A stretch of 61,783 nt of DNA from an uncultured virus (IMG/VR IMGVR_UViG_3300033153_014157) (IMGVR_UViG_3300033153_014157), one strand, 5' to 3'; numbered from the stretch's first letter, positions 30,392 to 41,177 are shown. Program-made: numbers and translations. The notes: generated by a model not told the origin, from the letters alone.

Positions 30392-32260
30392 ATGATAGAA
30401 ATAGACGAGAAAAAGCTTCCGCGTGAAATTAGGAAAGACGAGTTTGTAGGCAATTCCGTGCGCGAGGATGATATTTCTTCAACATTGAGAGAATTTGACA
30501 CTATAATAGAATCGTTAATACATAGATACCTTAAAAATTCATTCGTACAAAATGACAATGCGAATACGAGAAAATCATTTAGTGGCATGGTTAATTCGGT
30601 TGCACAATTTGATTTTAAGCGTAATGCATTAAGAGATTTGTATAAATACAGCCCCGCATCAGTACGTGCACACGAGTCTGGATTGATTCACATTCACGAC
30701 CTGTGGACTAGCAGGTTCTGCGGTTATTGTTCTGGTTGGGATCTTCGGCAGATCATTCGGGATGGTCTGAACCTCGTGATAACGGCAACGCCGGCAAAAC
30801 ACCTCCAGACAATCTGCAATCACATGATAAACTTCATAGTGACCGCTCAGCGCGAGTGGGCTGGCGCAATGGCATTTATAGATGTCGATGTTTTATTAGC
30901 CCCTTTTGTAAGGGCTGATAATTTATCTTACAAGCGAGTCAAGCAAAATCTTCAGAACTTCATATTTAATCTTAATTTTCCAACTCGTTATGGAGATCAG
31001 CCTCCATTCGTGAACATCACGCTGGATTTGCAAGTTCCGAAACGGTATGTTGGTGAGCCGGCAATTGTAGGCGGAAAAGAACAGAGTTTCACCTATGATC
31101 AATGCCAAAAAGAAATGGACATGATCAACACGGCAATATTCGAAATATTAGAAGAAGGAGATGCCGCTGGCACGCCATTCACGTTTCCAATTCCCACGAT
31201 TGCAATAGGATCTGATTTTGATTATGAAAACGAGATCGCAAAAAAACTGGTTCGCTTGACGGCTGTAAAGGGGAGTCCGTATTTTCTAAATTATAATGTT
31301 GATTACCTACGACCAGATGATAATCTAAGCATGTGTTGCCGATTACGAATTAATTATTCTGAAATCATTGAACATTCAGGTGGATTGTGGGCTATTGGTG
31401 AAAATACTGGTAGTATAGGCGTGGTATCATTAAACATGGCGCGGTTGGGATTCTTGGCACGTGGCGAAAGGACATCACTTTGGGACGAGATAGACATCGT
31501 GTTACAACTTGCAAGACAGCAATTGAAATTCAAGCGCAAGGCAATAAACAAATCCTTGAAATCGGGATTGCTACCAACAACGCTTCGAATGTTATGCCGC
31601 GGCTTTCATAATCATTTCAACACGGTTGGAATAGTTGGAATGCACGATTTTTGCATGAATTACATTGGAAAACCAATTTATTCAATAGAAGGACAGGCAT
31701 TAACAAAACACGTTCTAAGATATATCTCAAAACGATTGCACGAGTTTCAAATTGAGGATAGAATGCTTTATAACCTAGAACAGACTCCTGCAGAAAAAAC
31801 AGCAGGAAGATTTGCTCATGCAGACTTCAAGCTATTTGGAACGGTACCATATTTTTCGGTTGAGGAAAATGGAATCAGGGAATATACCAATTCCACGCAT
31901 CTACCTGTTGATTATCGTGGAATAGTAGATAAGATAAAGATCGAAGGAAGCTTCCATCGGGAGTTCAGTGGTGGTTGTATATGTCACTTGTTTCTTGACG
32001 AAGTTTCAAATCCAGAAGGTCTTACTGAATTCATAAAGCGAACGGCTGAAAATTCTGACCTTTCGTATTTTTCAATAACTCCTACATTAAGCACTTGCAA
32101 TTCGTGTCATAAGACATTCATTGGCAATCATGTTAGATGTTTATCTTGTGGGAAAAAAACAGAAGTCTGGTCACGCGTCACTGGGTATTACCGTCCTGTC
32201 GATTCATACAATCCTGCAAAAAAAATAGAATTTAAATTTAGAACTACTTACAGGATCTAA
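30392..32260 (+). CDS. nrdD: anaerobic (class III) ribonucleoside-triphosphate reductase
   Basis: H.SG.IHIHDL, YC, PFTFPIPT, SMCCRL, EQTPAE, YTNS, CxxC...CxxC, SRVTGYY glycyl-radical motif. Confidence 0.96.
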   Translation: MIEIDEKKLPREIRKDEFVGNSVREDDISSTLREFDTIIESLIHRYLKNSFVQNDNANTRKSFSGMVNSVAQFDFKRNALRDLYKYSPASVRAHESGLIHIHDLWTSRFCGYCSGWDLRQIIRDGLNLVITATPAKHLQTICNHMINFIVTAQREWAGAMAFIDVDVLLAPFVRADNLSYKRVKQNLQNFIFNLNFPTRYGDQPPFVNITLDLQVPKRYVGEPAIVGGKEQSFTYDQCQKEMDMINTAIFEILEEGDAAGTPFTFPIPTIAIGSDFDYENEIAKKLVRLTAVKGSPYFLNYNVDYLRPDDNLSMCCRLRINYSEIIEHSGGLWAIGENTGSIGVVSLNMARLGFLARGERTSLWDEIDIVLQLARQQLKFKRKAINKSLKSGLLPTTLRMLCRGFHNHFNTVGIVGMHDFCMNYIGKPIYSIEGQALTKHVLRYISKRLHEFQIEDRMLYNLEQTPAEKTAGRFAHADFKLFGTVPYFSVEENGIREYTNSTHLPVDYRGIVDKIKIEGSFHREFSGGCICHLFLDEVSNPEGLTEFIKRTAENSDLSYFSITPTLSTCNSCHKTFIGNHVRCLSCGKKTEVWSRVTGYYRPVDSYNPAKKIEFKFRTTYRI

Positions 32261-32320
32261 TTCGTCATATATGGGTGAGTATAAATATGAACTTACATAT
32301 AGATTTCATGGTGGTTTAAC

Positions 32321-32911
32321 ATGGACAATTTCAAGTGCAAAATTCTGTTCCGGTTTAGAACAGATGAAGTAAAGGAGTACAAGATAACGCGATTCATCGT
32401 TGAAGATTCTCAGGGGGGTAGGCATATTTTAAATTTGTTTGGAAGTCAGGCTACTGGCTTGGCGGTCGGTGACGAGATAAAAATCACTGGGCACTATTTT
32501 AAAAAGTTCAACTTCGAACTTTTAAACGTTAGAAAAGACGGTAGCATACAGAAAATAACTGGCTCAGCACCAGATATGGTTAGCCACGAAAGTCACGAAA
32601 TGCACGAGGAAACAGACATCACGCCAGAAAGCCAAACAAAATCGTTTAAGACGGGGGAATTTATCAACGAGTTATTAGCAACTGTAGTTGCCGAACGTAC
32701 CCGTGACGTGACACTGAAGACAGGCGAAAAGAAAACTATCCAAGAGTTATTTCTAAAAAGCAATGGTTCGAGAATTAAATTCACGAATTGGGGAGAAACG
32801 AAATTTGGCAGCGGGGATCAAGTTGTCATTAAAGGTGCATACGTCAAAGAATATAAAGGCGAACAGTCACTAACTTTGACAAGGCGCGGGTCGATAAAAA
32901 GAAAATCTTGA
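32321..32911 (+). CDS. RPA/SSB-like protein with two OB folds
   Basis: Two OB-fold patterns (V.D..G...L.LFG...L.VGD.I.I; FTNWG....GD.V.I.GAYVKEY.G...L.L...G.I). Confidence 0.85.
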   Translation: MDNFKCKILFRFRTDEVKEYKITRFIVEDSQGGRHILNLFGSQATGLAVGDEIKITGHYFKKFNFELLNVRKDGSIQKITGSAPDMVSHESHEMHEETDITPESQTKSFKTGEFINELLATVVAERTRDVTLKTGEKKTIQELFLKSNGSRIKFTNWGETKFGSGDQVVIKGAYVKEYKGEQSLTLTRRGSIKRKS

Positions 32912-33096
32912 TTTTTTACGTCATAGATGTTTAGAGCTAACGCAATATTTATCAATAACTTTTTTTTATATTTTTTAATCATGAATGTTCTCAAGCTGTT
33001 TTAACAAACATCATCATTTCGTGTCAATGCATTTAGCTCTAATCATTAAAAAATTCGATTTTAAAAAAAAAAATAAATCAAAATTAGAAGATTTTG

Positions 33097-33331
33097 GTTT
33101 CCAATGTAACTGCGCGGAATTCTTAACGAACGGGCGCGGGGAGGCTTTAATTTCCATTGTATTTTTCAAAACACCCCCCCTACAAAAGTTTCTGGATCAT
33201 AAAACTGTTAAAAAATCATCAGAGAGATTCCCATTTTTTACACAAACATGTCAAAAAAAAAAATCGCCCTATAGTAGCTTCGCGCGATACAATGGAAATC
33301 AAAGCGCGCCCCCTAAGGATACATTAGAAAT
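33097..33331. promoter_or_regulatory. candidate replication origin: four ORB-like boxes in two inverted pairs
   Basis: Boxes: GTTACATTGGAAAC (-, 33097-33110), AATACAATGGAAAT (-, 33150-33163), GATACAATGGAAAT (+, 33286-33299), GATACATTAGAAAT (+, 33318-33331); adjacent to a pure-AT tract. Confidence 0.6.
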
Positions 33332-33356
33332 GGAAGCCCTGTTTCTAATTAACAAG

Positions 33357-33475
<119 letters not shown>

Positions 33476-33488
33476 CAGTTGGTTAGCT

Positions 33489-33884
33489 CTAACTCAAATT
33501 GAGAAAATGTAATTCCTTGTCGATTTCAATCGTTCTACGTATATTTCTTCTGAGAGTTTGGTAATTATTGCATTTTATTTTGACTTTCTTAGAACACTTT
33601 TTCTCATAAACAAATTTTTTTAATTTTTTGCTATATTTTCTACATTGATTGCAGATTACAAGAGATTTTTTTATTTCTTCGTATTTATCTTTTTTCTCAT
33701 TACGAAGAATTTGTTCGTGATCATGTATTCTTTTATACGCTACTACAGTATTTGTAGCATATTGAAGCAGCCGTGCATCATGATCGCTCCCTGTCTGTAA
33801 ATACCTTTTTGCTCTAAAATACTGTTCAAGAATTGCATCAATTTCTTCCACGGTTTCACCTTCCTTTAGCAACGTTACTGTCAA
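33489..33884 (-). CDS. hypothetical basic protein with Cys motif
   Basis: 131 aa; CxxC...C...C. Confidence 0.55.
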   Translation of the reverse strand: MTVTLLKEGETVEEIDAILEQYFRAKRYLQTGSDHDARLLQYATNTVVAYKRIHDHEQILRNEKKDKYEEIKKSLVICNQCRKYSKKLKKFVYEKKCSKKVKIKCNNYQTLRRNIRRTIEIDKELHFLNLS

Positions 33885-34067
33885 CTACCCCGCCCATTTT
33901 TTAGGTAAGTTTTTCAAAAATCTATAAATCTCAGAATCGATATATGACTCTTTTGCCATGTTAATGACCTCGATTAAATTAATGCGCGTGGTCAATAAAA
34001 ACTGACTCAATAAATTTCTACACGCAGACGAGATAGCTATCCATGAAACAATGTCGTGATCAGTCAC
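33885..34067 (-). CDS. small hypothetical protein
   Basis: 60-aa ORF abutting the next gene. Confidence 0.35.
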   Translation of the reverse strand: MTDHDIVSWIAISSACRNLLSQFLLTTRINLIEVINMAKESYIDSEIYRFLKNLPKKWAG

Positions 34068-34075
34068 CTATTTAA

Positions 34076-34918
34076 TTGATTTTCACGTATTATCTCGTGA
34101 TGACGATGAGGAAATACGTGCCCGGAGTGGCGCCATTTTATTTTAAGCCTGATTTTTCGTGGTCAGCAATAGAAGCAAAATCAATGTATGAACAAAGATG
34201 CGCTAATGATGTAGACGAAGTATACTTTGAAGATTGCATCAATGGGATGAAACGATTGAAACGCGAGTCAATAGACTTGATAATAGCAGATCCCCCGTTC
34301 GCGTTAGAATTCACGGGTAAAGAACGATTCTATAACAGGGATTCGGGATTGGTGCAAGAAAAATACGTGGACGTTCCAAAGAATGACTATTTAAGTTTCT
34401 CTAATGCTTGGATATCGGAATTACCAAGACTGATGAAACGAACGGCAAGCGCATTCATATTCTCGGGATGGTCAAATTTAAGAGATGTTTTAATTGCCAT
34501 TGAAGAATCGGGCTTGAAAATGATAAACCACTTGATATGGAAATACCAATTCGCCGTGTTCACAAAACGGAAATTCGCGTCAAGCCATTATCACTTGTTA
34601 TGGCTCGCACGAGATGAAAAACGATATTTTTTTAACAGGATAGAACATTATTCACGAAGCGTTTGGGAAATAAAAAGAACGTATGACAAGGGAAAAACAA
34701 AAAATGCAACCAAACTACCGAACGAAATCGTTGAACGATGCATCCGATTTTGTTCTAAGCCAGGCGACACGATACTCGATACATTCATGGGAAACGGCAC
34801 GACCGCTGTTGTTGCAAAAAAACTATACAGGCACTTCATCGGGTTTGAAATAAACCGCGAAATGAAAAAAATAATACGCGAAAATATTAAAAACGCACGG
34901 CGCGGAGAACTGTTTTAA
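34076..34918 (+). CDS. N6-adenine/N4-cytosine DNA methyltransferase (beta class), orphan
   Basis: IDLIIADPPF motif IV precedes ILDTFMGNGTT motif I; GFEIN. Start probably ~34100. Confidence 0.93.
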   Translation: MIFTYYLVMTMRKYVPGVAPFYFKPDFSWSAIEAKSMYEQRCANDVDEVYFEDCINGMKRLKRESIDLIIADPPFALEFTGKERFYNRDSGLVQEKYVDVPKNDYLSFSNAWISELPRLMKRTASAFIFSGWSNLRDVLIAIEESGLKMINHLIWKYQFAVFTKRKFASSHYHLLWLARDEKRYFFNRIEHYSRSVWEIKRTYDKGKTKNATKLPNEIVERCIRFCSKPGDTILDTFMGNGTTAVVAKKLYRHFIGFEINREMKKIIRENIKNARRGELF

Positions 34919-35193
34919 AGCACGATTGGTACATTTCCAACTGCCGCGATGAAATAAATCGCACGCAAAAACGTATCTCGCCACTGGGTAAATTGCTGAA
35001 ACTCTCGAGAGTGACGTGGAAACAATTAAAGTGAGCGTCGGCTTGCTTGAAGAAATAGAAAAAAAGTGCTTGTTAGAGCTAAACGAAGAAAACAAGCCGT
35101 CAAAATTTTTGTAATGGAGCACTTAATAACCTTAAACAGAATGATCATGAATGAGAACATCAAGATTCTTGAAGGAAATGATGAATAAAGAGG

Positions 35194-35610
35194 TTGATCA
35201 AGACGCGGGGTAGTAAGAACAAGGAACATCTTTTTAATGCATGTATATTAAGCATTAAGTTCAAGCGAATTAAAGAATTAACTGAAGAAGAAGCCATTTT
35301 AGACGGCTTCAAAGACACAAAAACCGCAATTAAAAAGGTAATGGAGATAAATAACATTAAAAACGAAAATAGATGGTGCTACATCACGCGGTTTAGGCGC
35401 ACGGATGAAAAAGATGGTGGAAAATCGATTCTTTTTACTCATTTCAAAGATAAACTATTAGCCGGCTCGAAAGCACAAACAATACGCATGATATTCATGC
35501 CAAACTACGTGGAAGGCGAAATAGTCAAAATAATGTTCAGAAAAGCACGGAATGGCAAGAAACACGCGCCTGCAAAAAAGAAAAAAACAATAAAAACATT
35601 TCTAAATTGA
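35194..35610 (+). CDS. ASCH-domain protein, apparently circularly permuted
   Basis: ELTEEEAILDGF (normally C-terminal half) precedes F...L.AGSKAQTIR...Y.EGEIV (normally N-terminal half). Confidence 0.7.
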   Translation: MIKTRGSKNKEHLFNACILSIKFKRIKELTEEEAILDGFKDTKTAIKKVMEINNIKNENRWCYITRFRRTDEKDGGKSILFTHFKDKLLAGSKAQTIRMIFMPNYVEGEIVKIMFRKARNGKKHAPAKKKKTIKTFLN

Positions 35611-35680
35611 CGAAAAACGCACGCAAAATACAACACGAGGTAAAGCAAGAACACGCACAAAAGAAAATTCTAAAGAATAG

Positions 35681-36445
35681 TCACGCAAAGTACCTTCTTC
35701 GCTTATCTATTTCGCGCTTTAGTAGCCTGAAGAATTCGACCGTTACCGCCATGAATTTTTTCTTGTCAATTAAGTCTTCTGAAAATTCAAACAAAAAGCA
35801 ATGCGCTATATCTTTATTTGAAACGACAATGTCATTACACTTACATTCCTTACAGATGAACTTGCACTTCTCGTGACATTGCGGCGCATCACAGGATTCA
35901 TTACCCGCAACTACAAGAGGTCGATACTTGGTCTTCGACCAATATTTGACGAAGATCCTCTCTATTAACGGGTGGTTAAACGAGTGCTTAATGTAAACAA
36001 CATCACTTTTATTGCCCTCAACCCATTCATGCCCGCCATTAAATGAGTGAATGTCAAAGAGAACAGGCACGCATTTATACGTCTCCGAAAACTTAAACAA
36101 GTAATACCTTAGCAATCTACGGTAATCCTCCGCACGCGCAAGAGGTCGGTTCATGTCGATGATAAAACGCCTCTTGTAATTAATTACCGCATGCCAACAA
36201 AATTCATCGTGAAGCCGCTTCGCAACATGGTCCGTCCAAAAGTCACACGCAGGGTCGGCAAGATGAGGAAGCCAAGTCGAACGACAACTATGCGGCGAAG
36301 AAACCAAATACGCACCATTACCAACTAAAATATTAACATCCAAACCACGATTCAAATCACTAACTATAAAACGAGACTCTAAATCCGCAACACTACCACG
36401 CAGGACGGCTCCATTGAAAAAAAAATATCTAAACATTAATAACAC
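35681..36445 (-). CDS. N-formylglutamate amidohydrolase-like Zn hydrolase
   Basis: VSSPHS, D.WTD, R..IDMNR, LFDIHSF, FLFEF. Confidence 0.75.
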   Translation of the reverse strand: MLLMFRYFFFNGAVLRGSVADLESRFIVSDLNRGLDVNILVGNGAYLVSSPHSCRSTWLPHLADPACDFWTDHVAKRLHDEFCWHAVINYKRRFIIDMNRPLARAEDYRRLLRYYLFKFSETYKCVPVLFDIHSFNGGHEWVEGNKSDVVYIKHSFNHPLIERIFVKYWSKTKYRPLVVAGNESCDAPQCHEKCKFICKECKCNDIVVSNKDIAHCFLFEFSEDLIDKKKFMAVTVEFFRLLKREIDKRRRYFA

Positions 36446-36744
36446 CCTAAATTAATACACGCTTTAATAAAATTACATAATGTATTAATTACAGTTACCA
36501 GCACAAAATATTGAAATAACACTAAACATCGAACACGTTTAACGCAAAATCAATGAATTATATATCTATTTAAAAAATGCTGCCAAGACAATATGGAAAC
36601 AAACATTATATCTAAAAAGGACGCACGATGGAAACAGGGAATATATCTCTAAAATCAAATAAAAACAGGCAAGATAAAATCAAAAAAAACAAAAATATAA
36701 CACAAAAACGCAAAAAATAAGGAAAAATATAAACAAAACATTCA

Positions 36745-36855
36745 AAAATGATGGCGGCGGCGAAGCCGCGGTGATTTTTCGTGTCACTGTGATTGGTGGT
36801 AGATCGTGTTGTAAAAGGGTTGGATTGCGCTTGATTGGTCTTGAGTGACGTGCTA
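36745..36855 (+). repeat. inverted element copy A (111 bp) with GCGGC-GAA-GCCGC hairpin
   Basis: Blocks 36745-36769 (25 bp) and 36841-36855 (15 bp) are exact reverse complements of 50977-51001 and 50891-50905, with identical 71-bp spacing. Confidence 0.9.
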
Positions 36856-36859
36856 TATT

Positions 36860-37370
36860 TAATGTCCGTGCGTTTAAAATTTTCATTAATGCGTTTCGTG
36901 CCATTTTTTTGTTATTATCACGTGCTTTTTTTTGCGTGATGTTGATTGGTGGTTAATGGTGGTGATTGAATTTTGATTGATGTATGTTTTTAATATAGTT
37001 CTTGCTTTCATTTTGAATGCTCGTGGATTGATGTTGATTGATGGTTGCTCGTCCTTGATTGATGGTGATTGATGCGTGTCCATGCCTGATTGTAGTTGAT
37101 TGGTTGCGTGTTTTTTTTGATTGCGTTTGATTGACGTGGTATCTTGTTAGAGCTAACGTGATTGTTGTTGATTGGTGCCGTGGATAATTGTATTGATGTT
37201 GATTGTTCTTGCATGCGTGCGTATATTTTTTAATTGACGTGATATATAATGCCCTGTTGCGCGCGGGGTGTTTTTTTGTTCCGTGTTGTTGAACGGATTG
37301 CGTTTTAGTTTAAATATGCGTTGAAAAATAGCTCAAAAAATCAAGATTTCCCGCTTGGTCACTTTGAACA
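36860..37370 (+). repeat. strand-skewed non-coding tract with repeated GTTGATTG motifs
   Basis: Multiple GATGTTGATTG copies; 37087-37105 is the exact reverse complement of 50388-50406. Confidence 0.7.
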
Positions 37371-37374
37371 TTGT

Positions 37375-37707
37375 TCAGCCGTGGCGGTAGTACGTGCATT
37401 CGCTCACGTGCCGCAACTTGTCGGCGCGCACGTCATAAATGAGTGACGTGACGTATGTAGCCTTTGAGGTCGACTTTACATGCAATTCGCCTATCATGAC
37501 GAATGGAGAATACTCGTGCCAACGGCGCCTTTGGTCGCTGATGATAGTGGCTTCCCCTATTCCAGTCGTTATAATCTTGCGCATTTCTTCCATGATTTCC
37601 TTTCTTCGTTCGGTCATGCGCTCAGACGCTATTGCCCTGTATTCTTTTAACAAGTCGTTTATTGCGCGTTTAGTGAATAACACGATGCGGTCGGACAACA
37701 TTGACAT
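37375..37707 (-). CDS. hypothetical protein
   Basis: 110-aa ORF with AT-rich upstream promoter-like region. Confidence 0.6.
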   Translation of the reverse strand: MSMLSDRIVLFTKRAINDLLKEYRAIASERMTERRKEIMEEMRKIITTGIGEATIISDQRRRWHEYSPFVMIGELHVKSTSKATYVTSLIYDVRADKLRHVSECTYYRHG

Positions 37708-37798
37708 TGCGTGATATTTATATTAGTGCGCTTTTAAAAGTCCTGCGTGCGTTTTAAAAAAAGTTAAAAATGTAGGGGTTTTATCTTGAAGAATAAAA

Positions 37799-38248
37799 TT
37801 AAATTAAACCCTTGCCAGCGCGCGCGTTTTGCTTATCATACTCGGGCAAGAAGAACTCGGGATGGTCACGTTGGAACACGTCCATGATGCCGCGCCCGAT
37901 TTCTCCGAGCGAGATCCTGAGTATGCCACAGTCATCAGTATCTCGTGCAACCTCAAATAGCTTCTTCCCTGCTAATACCCACGATTCTGTAGAAATCAGT
38001 TTGTCGCCACACAGCTCGTTTATCATGGAGATCGTGCAGCTAATGTGGGACATCATGTAGACGTGCACTGCAAATAGTGTCTTGACTTTTTTTTGGCTGT
38101 AAAAACCAAAAAAATTGCCATACAATTTTAGGAACGTGTACACGCCCCGTTCCAGCTGGCTATACGTGCGCCGCTCAATGTTAGACGGCACGTATTTTAT
38201 CTTCTTCCGTCCGCGCCGTTTTTTTTGTTTTTCATGCATGTTATTCAC
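37799..38248 (-). CDS. hypothetical protein
   Basis: 149-aa ORF with a basic N-terminus. Confidence 0.6.
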   Translation of the reverse strand: MNNMHEKQKKRRGRKKIKYVPSNIERRTYSQLERGVYTFLKLYGNFFGFYSQKKVKTLFAVHVYMMSHISCTISMINELCGDKLISTESWVLAGKKLFEVARDTDDCGILRISLGEIGRGIMDVFQRDHPEFFLPEYDKQNARAGKGLI

Positions 38249-38287
38249 CTTTTGTTTATTATTTAAAAATAAAAAAAATTAGGGATG

Positions 38288-39223
38288 TCATGCCGTGGCA
38301 GCAGCAACTTTAGCCGCGACATACTGCCTTGAATTGTTCAAAAGCTCTTCACTGTCGGCTGCCAGATATATCGTTGCAATCGTGGATAACCGTTCCGGCG
38401 CTACAACAGCATTTTTGGAGAATATATCGTTGTCTCCAGCAATCTTAGAGATGATCATGGCGAATTCGAAGATCGTTTTTTTAGAAGATGAAGAATACAT
38501 CGTGAGTGCTTCCTCTTGAATCTTCTTTCCAATGCCATATAAACGGCAAAGGACTTTTAGCGATATGGTAGCATCTTCAAGCGATAATGGTCTTCTGGCA
38601 TTATGCATGAACGATTTTGGAATTCCCGTTCTGGCAAGTGCCTTTAATTCAGCACGTAGAAGTTCTTTGTATTCCATGCTTTTTGCGTTTATGCGAAGAA
38701 TCCGACTCTGCAGCTCCACCCTGAACGTGCCAAACATTTTTGATTTCAGGTGAAGAGCATTAAGAGGGTTAAAGCATTCCTTTACCAAGAAAAATGGCGC
38801 GATTATTATCGCACGTGTCAGAGTTAGCGTTCCGGGACTCATTGCCACGCCCGGATAGACGCCACCGAAAAATTTGTTCTTAGTAAGCTTGTTTGATTTG
38901 AAGATCAAATTGCCCGCAGGCGTTTTTTCAATGCTCACGGGAAATCTCTTGGCGATCTGGATTGCTTCTTCCCGCACGTCAGCGGGATACATAATGTCGT
39001 GGTTCATGCTTGCAACGGCTTTCACGGTGTTGTTAGATATAATGTACTGTAGATCGCGGGAAGGCATTGCTGCATCGTTGAAATACTTGTCAAGATTTTG
39101 ACGATTAATTTCACGGTCTATTTTTCTTCCATAAACTAGGCGGAGATACGCCCACTTTGCCGCAACCGAAAACGGCACGGTCGGGCGTTCCTTCTGAATT
39201 AAAACTTTTTCCTTATTAGTCAT
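38288..39223 (-). CDS. DUF932-like protein (tentative)
   Basis: PGV...G......I.IAPFFLVKECFN resembles the DUF932 R.VC.NG region; GGTGA SD. Confidence 0.5.
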   Translation of the reverse strand: MTNKEKVLIQKERPTVPFSVAAKWAYLRLVYGRKIDREINRQNLDKYFNDAAMPSRDLQYIISNNTVKAVASMNHDIMYPADVREEAIQIAKRFPVSIEKTPAGNLIFKSNKLTKNKFFGGVYPGVAMSPGTLTLTRAIIIAPFFLVKECFNPLNALHLKSKMFGTFRVELQSRILRINAKSMEYKELLRAELKALARTGIPKSFMHNARRPLSLEDATISLKVLCRLYGIGKKIQEEALTMYSSSSKKTIFEFAMIISKIAGDNDIFSKNAVVAPERLSTIATIYLAADSEELLNNSRQYVAAKVAAATA

Positions 39224-39364
39224 GACGAATCACCATGTAAAGTATAATATTAACTGCTATATAAATCTTGCCACCTACCGCGACACGAATCGGAAGACGA
39301 ATTAATATAATGCCATGTTAAAGTTATTATATGTACTCATGGATAATTTATTCGGTGATTTTAC

Positions 39365-39583
39365 ATGACGGAAATGAGAAACTTGAGAAAGATATCGCAC
39401 AACGGCGGTACATTAATAATCTCTTTACCACGGGAAGTGTTTCATGACGAGCTCGGCAACGCGTTCTACATGACTGTAAAGCAGCACGATGCTGACACGT
39501 ATGTCGTAACGCTCCAGCGTGCCGCCAAGAAGCAACTTAAAACAAGTGACAAGGCTGATGTCAATGCGGTCGATGCGTTTTGA
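39365..39583 (+). CDS. AbrB/SpoVT-like DNA-binding protein
   Basis: RKISHNGGTLIISLPRE. Confidence 0.75.
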   Translation: MTEMRNLRKISHNGGTLIISLPREVFHDELGNAFYMTVKQHDADTYVVTLQRAAKKQLKTSDKADVNAVDAF

Positions 39584-39872
39584 CGAAATAGATTTCGTGA
39601 CGCTGCAGAATTCAATTGACGGCATTAGGAACTTTAAAATTCGTGACGTGAAGATCGGGTTGTCATGCACGTGGTTTTCTGCGCGCGTGAATGACCACGA
39701 CATAAAAGTGCGGATCACGAAAGACGGCAATAAAAATATGGTTGCCGGCTCGTGTTCGTGCCCTGACCATGTTTACAGGCGCAAGAAGTCGAACGGGTTC
39801 TGCAAGCACGTTTTATACTTGCTGGATTTTCTGATCCGTGAGAATGTAAATGAGGGTGACGAAATAGAGTGA
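39558..39872 (+). CDS. SWIM zinc-finger protein
   Basis: CSCPD...CKH. Confidence 0.85.
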   Translation: MSMRSMRFDEIDFVTLQNSIDGIRNFKIRDVKIGLSCTWFSARVNDHDIKVRITKDGNKNMVAGSCSCPDHVYRRKKSNGFCKHVLYLLDFLIRENVNEGDEIE

Positions 39873-40267
39873 AGGAAACGATAACATTTAGGATCCCAAA
39901 AGCGATCCGGGAAAACAAGTTAGACAAAGAGATATTGAGTGACTTCACTGTTGCTTTAGCTAATTACATCGACAAAATAAACAATGCCGTGAAAAACCGA
40001 GTCGTGAATGGGTTGAACGTGGAAACGCGTTTGATAGACGATGTAACGTTAGAGCTAACAGGCGAGGGCTTCGTGTTCCACGTCACCAATACTGACGACT
40101 CTGCCATTGAAACGATTGACATCATTGAACATCTCATCGCGAAAAAAACAATGCAGCCATCTGCAATCGCGACGCTAATATTAAGGGCGATGCGCCTTTT
40201 ATTACAAAAACAGGTGCGAGAACACGATGAGTTGGTAGCAATATTAGGCGAAATTGTAATCGCGTAG
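39869..40267 (+). CDS. hypothetical protein
   Basis: Overlaps the SWIM gene stop (GTGA). Confidence 0.65.
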   Translation: MKETITFRIPKAIRENKLDKEILSDFTVALANYIDKINNAVKNRVVNGLNVETRLIDDVTLELTGEGFVFHVTNTDDSAIETIDIIEHLIAKKTMQPSAIATLILRAMRLLLQKQVREHDELVAILGEIVIA

Positions 40268-40319
40268 CGTTTACGCTCGAACACGAAATCCTTATATATG
40301 TAAGAGCTCATTATACAAC

Positions 40320-41177
40320 GTGGTGATTCGCGTGTATATAGACGTGCCCATTGAAATTAATGAAATCACTATGATTAAAGCATATGACGCTCTCTCAATG
40401 CTTTTACAAAACCCTGACGATTCAGACGCATGGCAGCTAAATTTCAACAAGGTTGCCAAAATGATAGAAAGGAGAGATGCCGAAAATAGCGGGGATCTTC
40501 CCTTTGGCACGTCACTGCCGGCGTGGTATTGCGAAAAAAATGATGAAAACAATATATTGTTTTCCCCTCCTATAGTGCATGGTAAAAAAGCGGTCAGGTT
40601 GTCAGTGCCCGTGGCGTGCGTGGGTAATAGCACGCACATCAATGCGCGCGTGCACGTTCTCGGCAAAAATTTGAAGCCAATTCGCTCTCAATTTGCGTGC
40701 CTGACTACTACACAGTTGTCTCTATTGTCGATATTCGCAGTCTGGGATACAGTTGCCAGGATTGGCACTAAGGAAGCAGTAAACGCGGGGATCGTCACTA
40801 GAGGGTGGGTCGGTAACGTCTTCTCAGATATAAGATGCAGCGCGTATGATCCGTACTCGCAACTGGGGCGCTATGCCCGTGGTTCTAAATTATCTCCACG
40901 CAATTTAGAGCTACTCCATTTGGAACGGCAACTATTTATACACGGCATTCCGCTATCAGCCGTTCACGGCGAAGGGCGGCGCGATAACGCGGGGCGATAT
41001 TACAACTCGTGGTTTAAAGACAATTACTGCACGGCGTGTGGGCGGCGGTACAGCTACCCCTCGCGCAGATACCCTAACGCGTTCCTGTCACACGTTAAAA
41101 CAATAAAACATAGAAAAAATGCTGCCATTTTTTTATTGAGAGAGGTTGCCAGGCAGGGCAGTGACGAAAAAGAGTGA
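40320..41177 (+). CDS. hypothetical protein with C-terminal C2H2 (matrin/U1-like) zinc finger
   Basis: YCTAC...F.SH..T.KH. Confidence 0.65.
   Translation: MVIRVYIDVPIEINEITMIKAYDALSMLLQNPDDSDAWQLNFNKVAKMIERRDAENSGDLPFGTSLPAWYCEKNDENNILFSPPIVHGKKAVRLSVPVACVGNSTHINARVHVLGKNLKPIRSQFACLTTTQLSLLSIFAVWDTVARIGTKEAVNAGIVTRGWVGNVFSDIRCSAYDPYSQLGRYARGSKLSPRNLELLHLERQLFIHGIPLSAVHGEGRRDNAGRYYNSWFKDNYCTACGRRYSYPSRRYPNAFLSHVKTIKHRKNAAIFLLREVARQGSDEKE

Noticed and set aside
33880..33895. GTCAACTACCCCGCCC resembling an IS200/IS605 (IscB) end, and a GCCC-TGAA-GGGC hairpin near 48514-48525
   Set aside because: The first lacks the second hairpin arm, and no TnpA/TnpB/IscB ORF is present; insufficient support.
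36680..37214. Short minus-strand ORFs, and mirror ORFs at 50045-50440 and 50865-51113
   Set aside because: By-products of strand-skewed repeats; their shared peptides reflect the DNA inverted homology.
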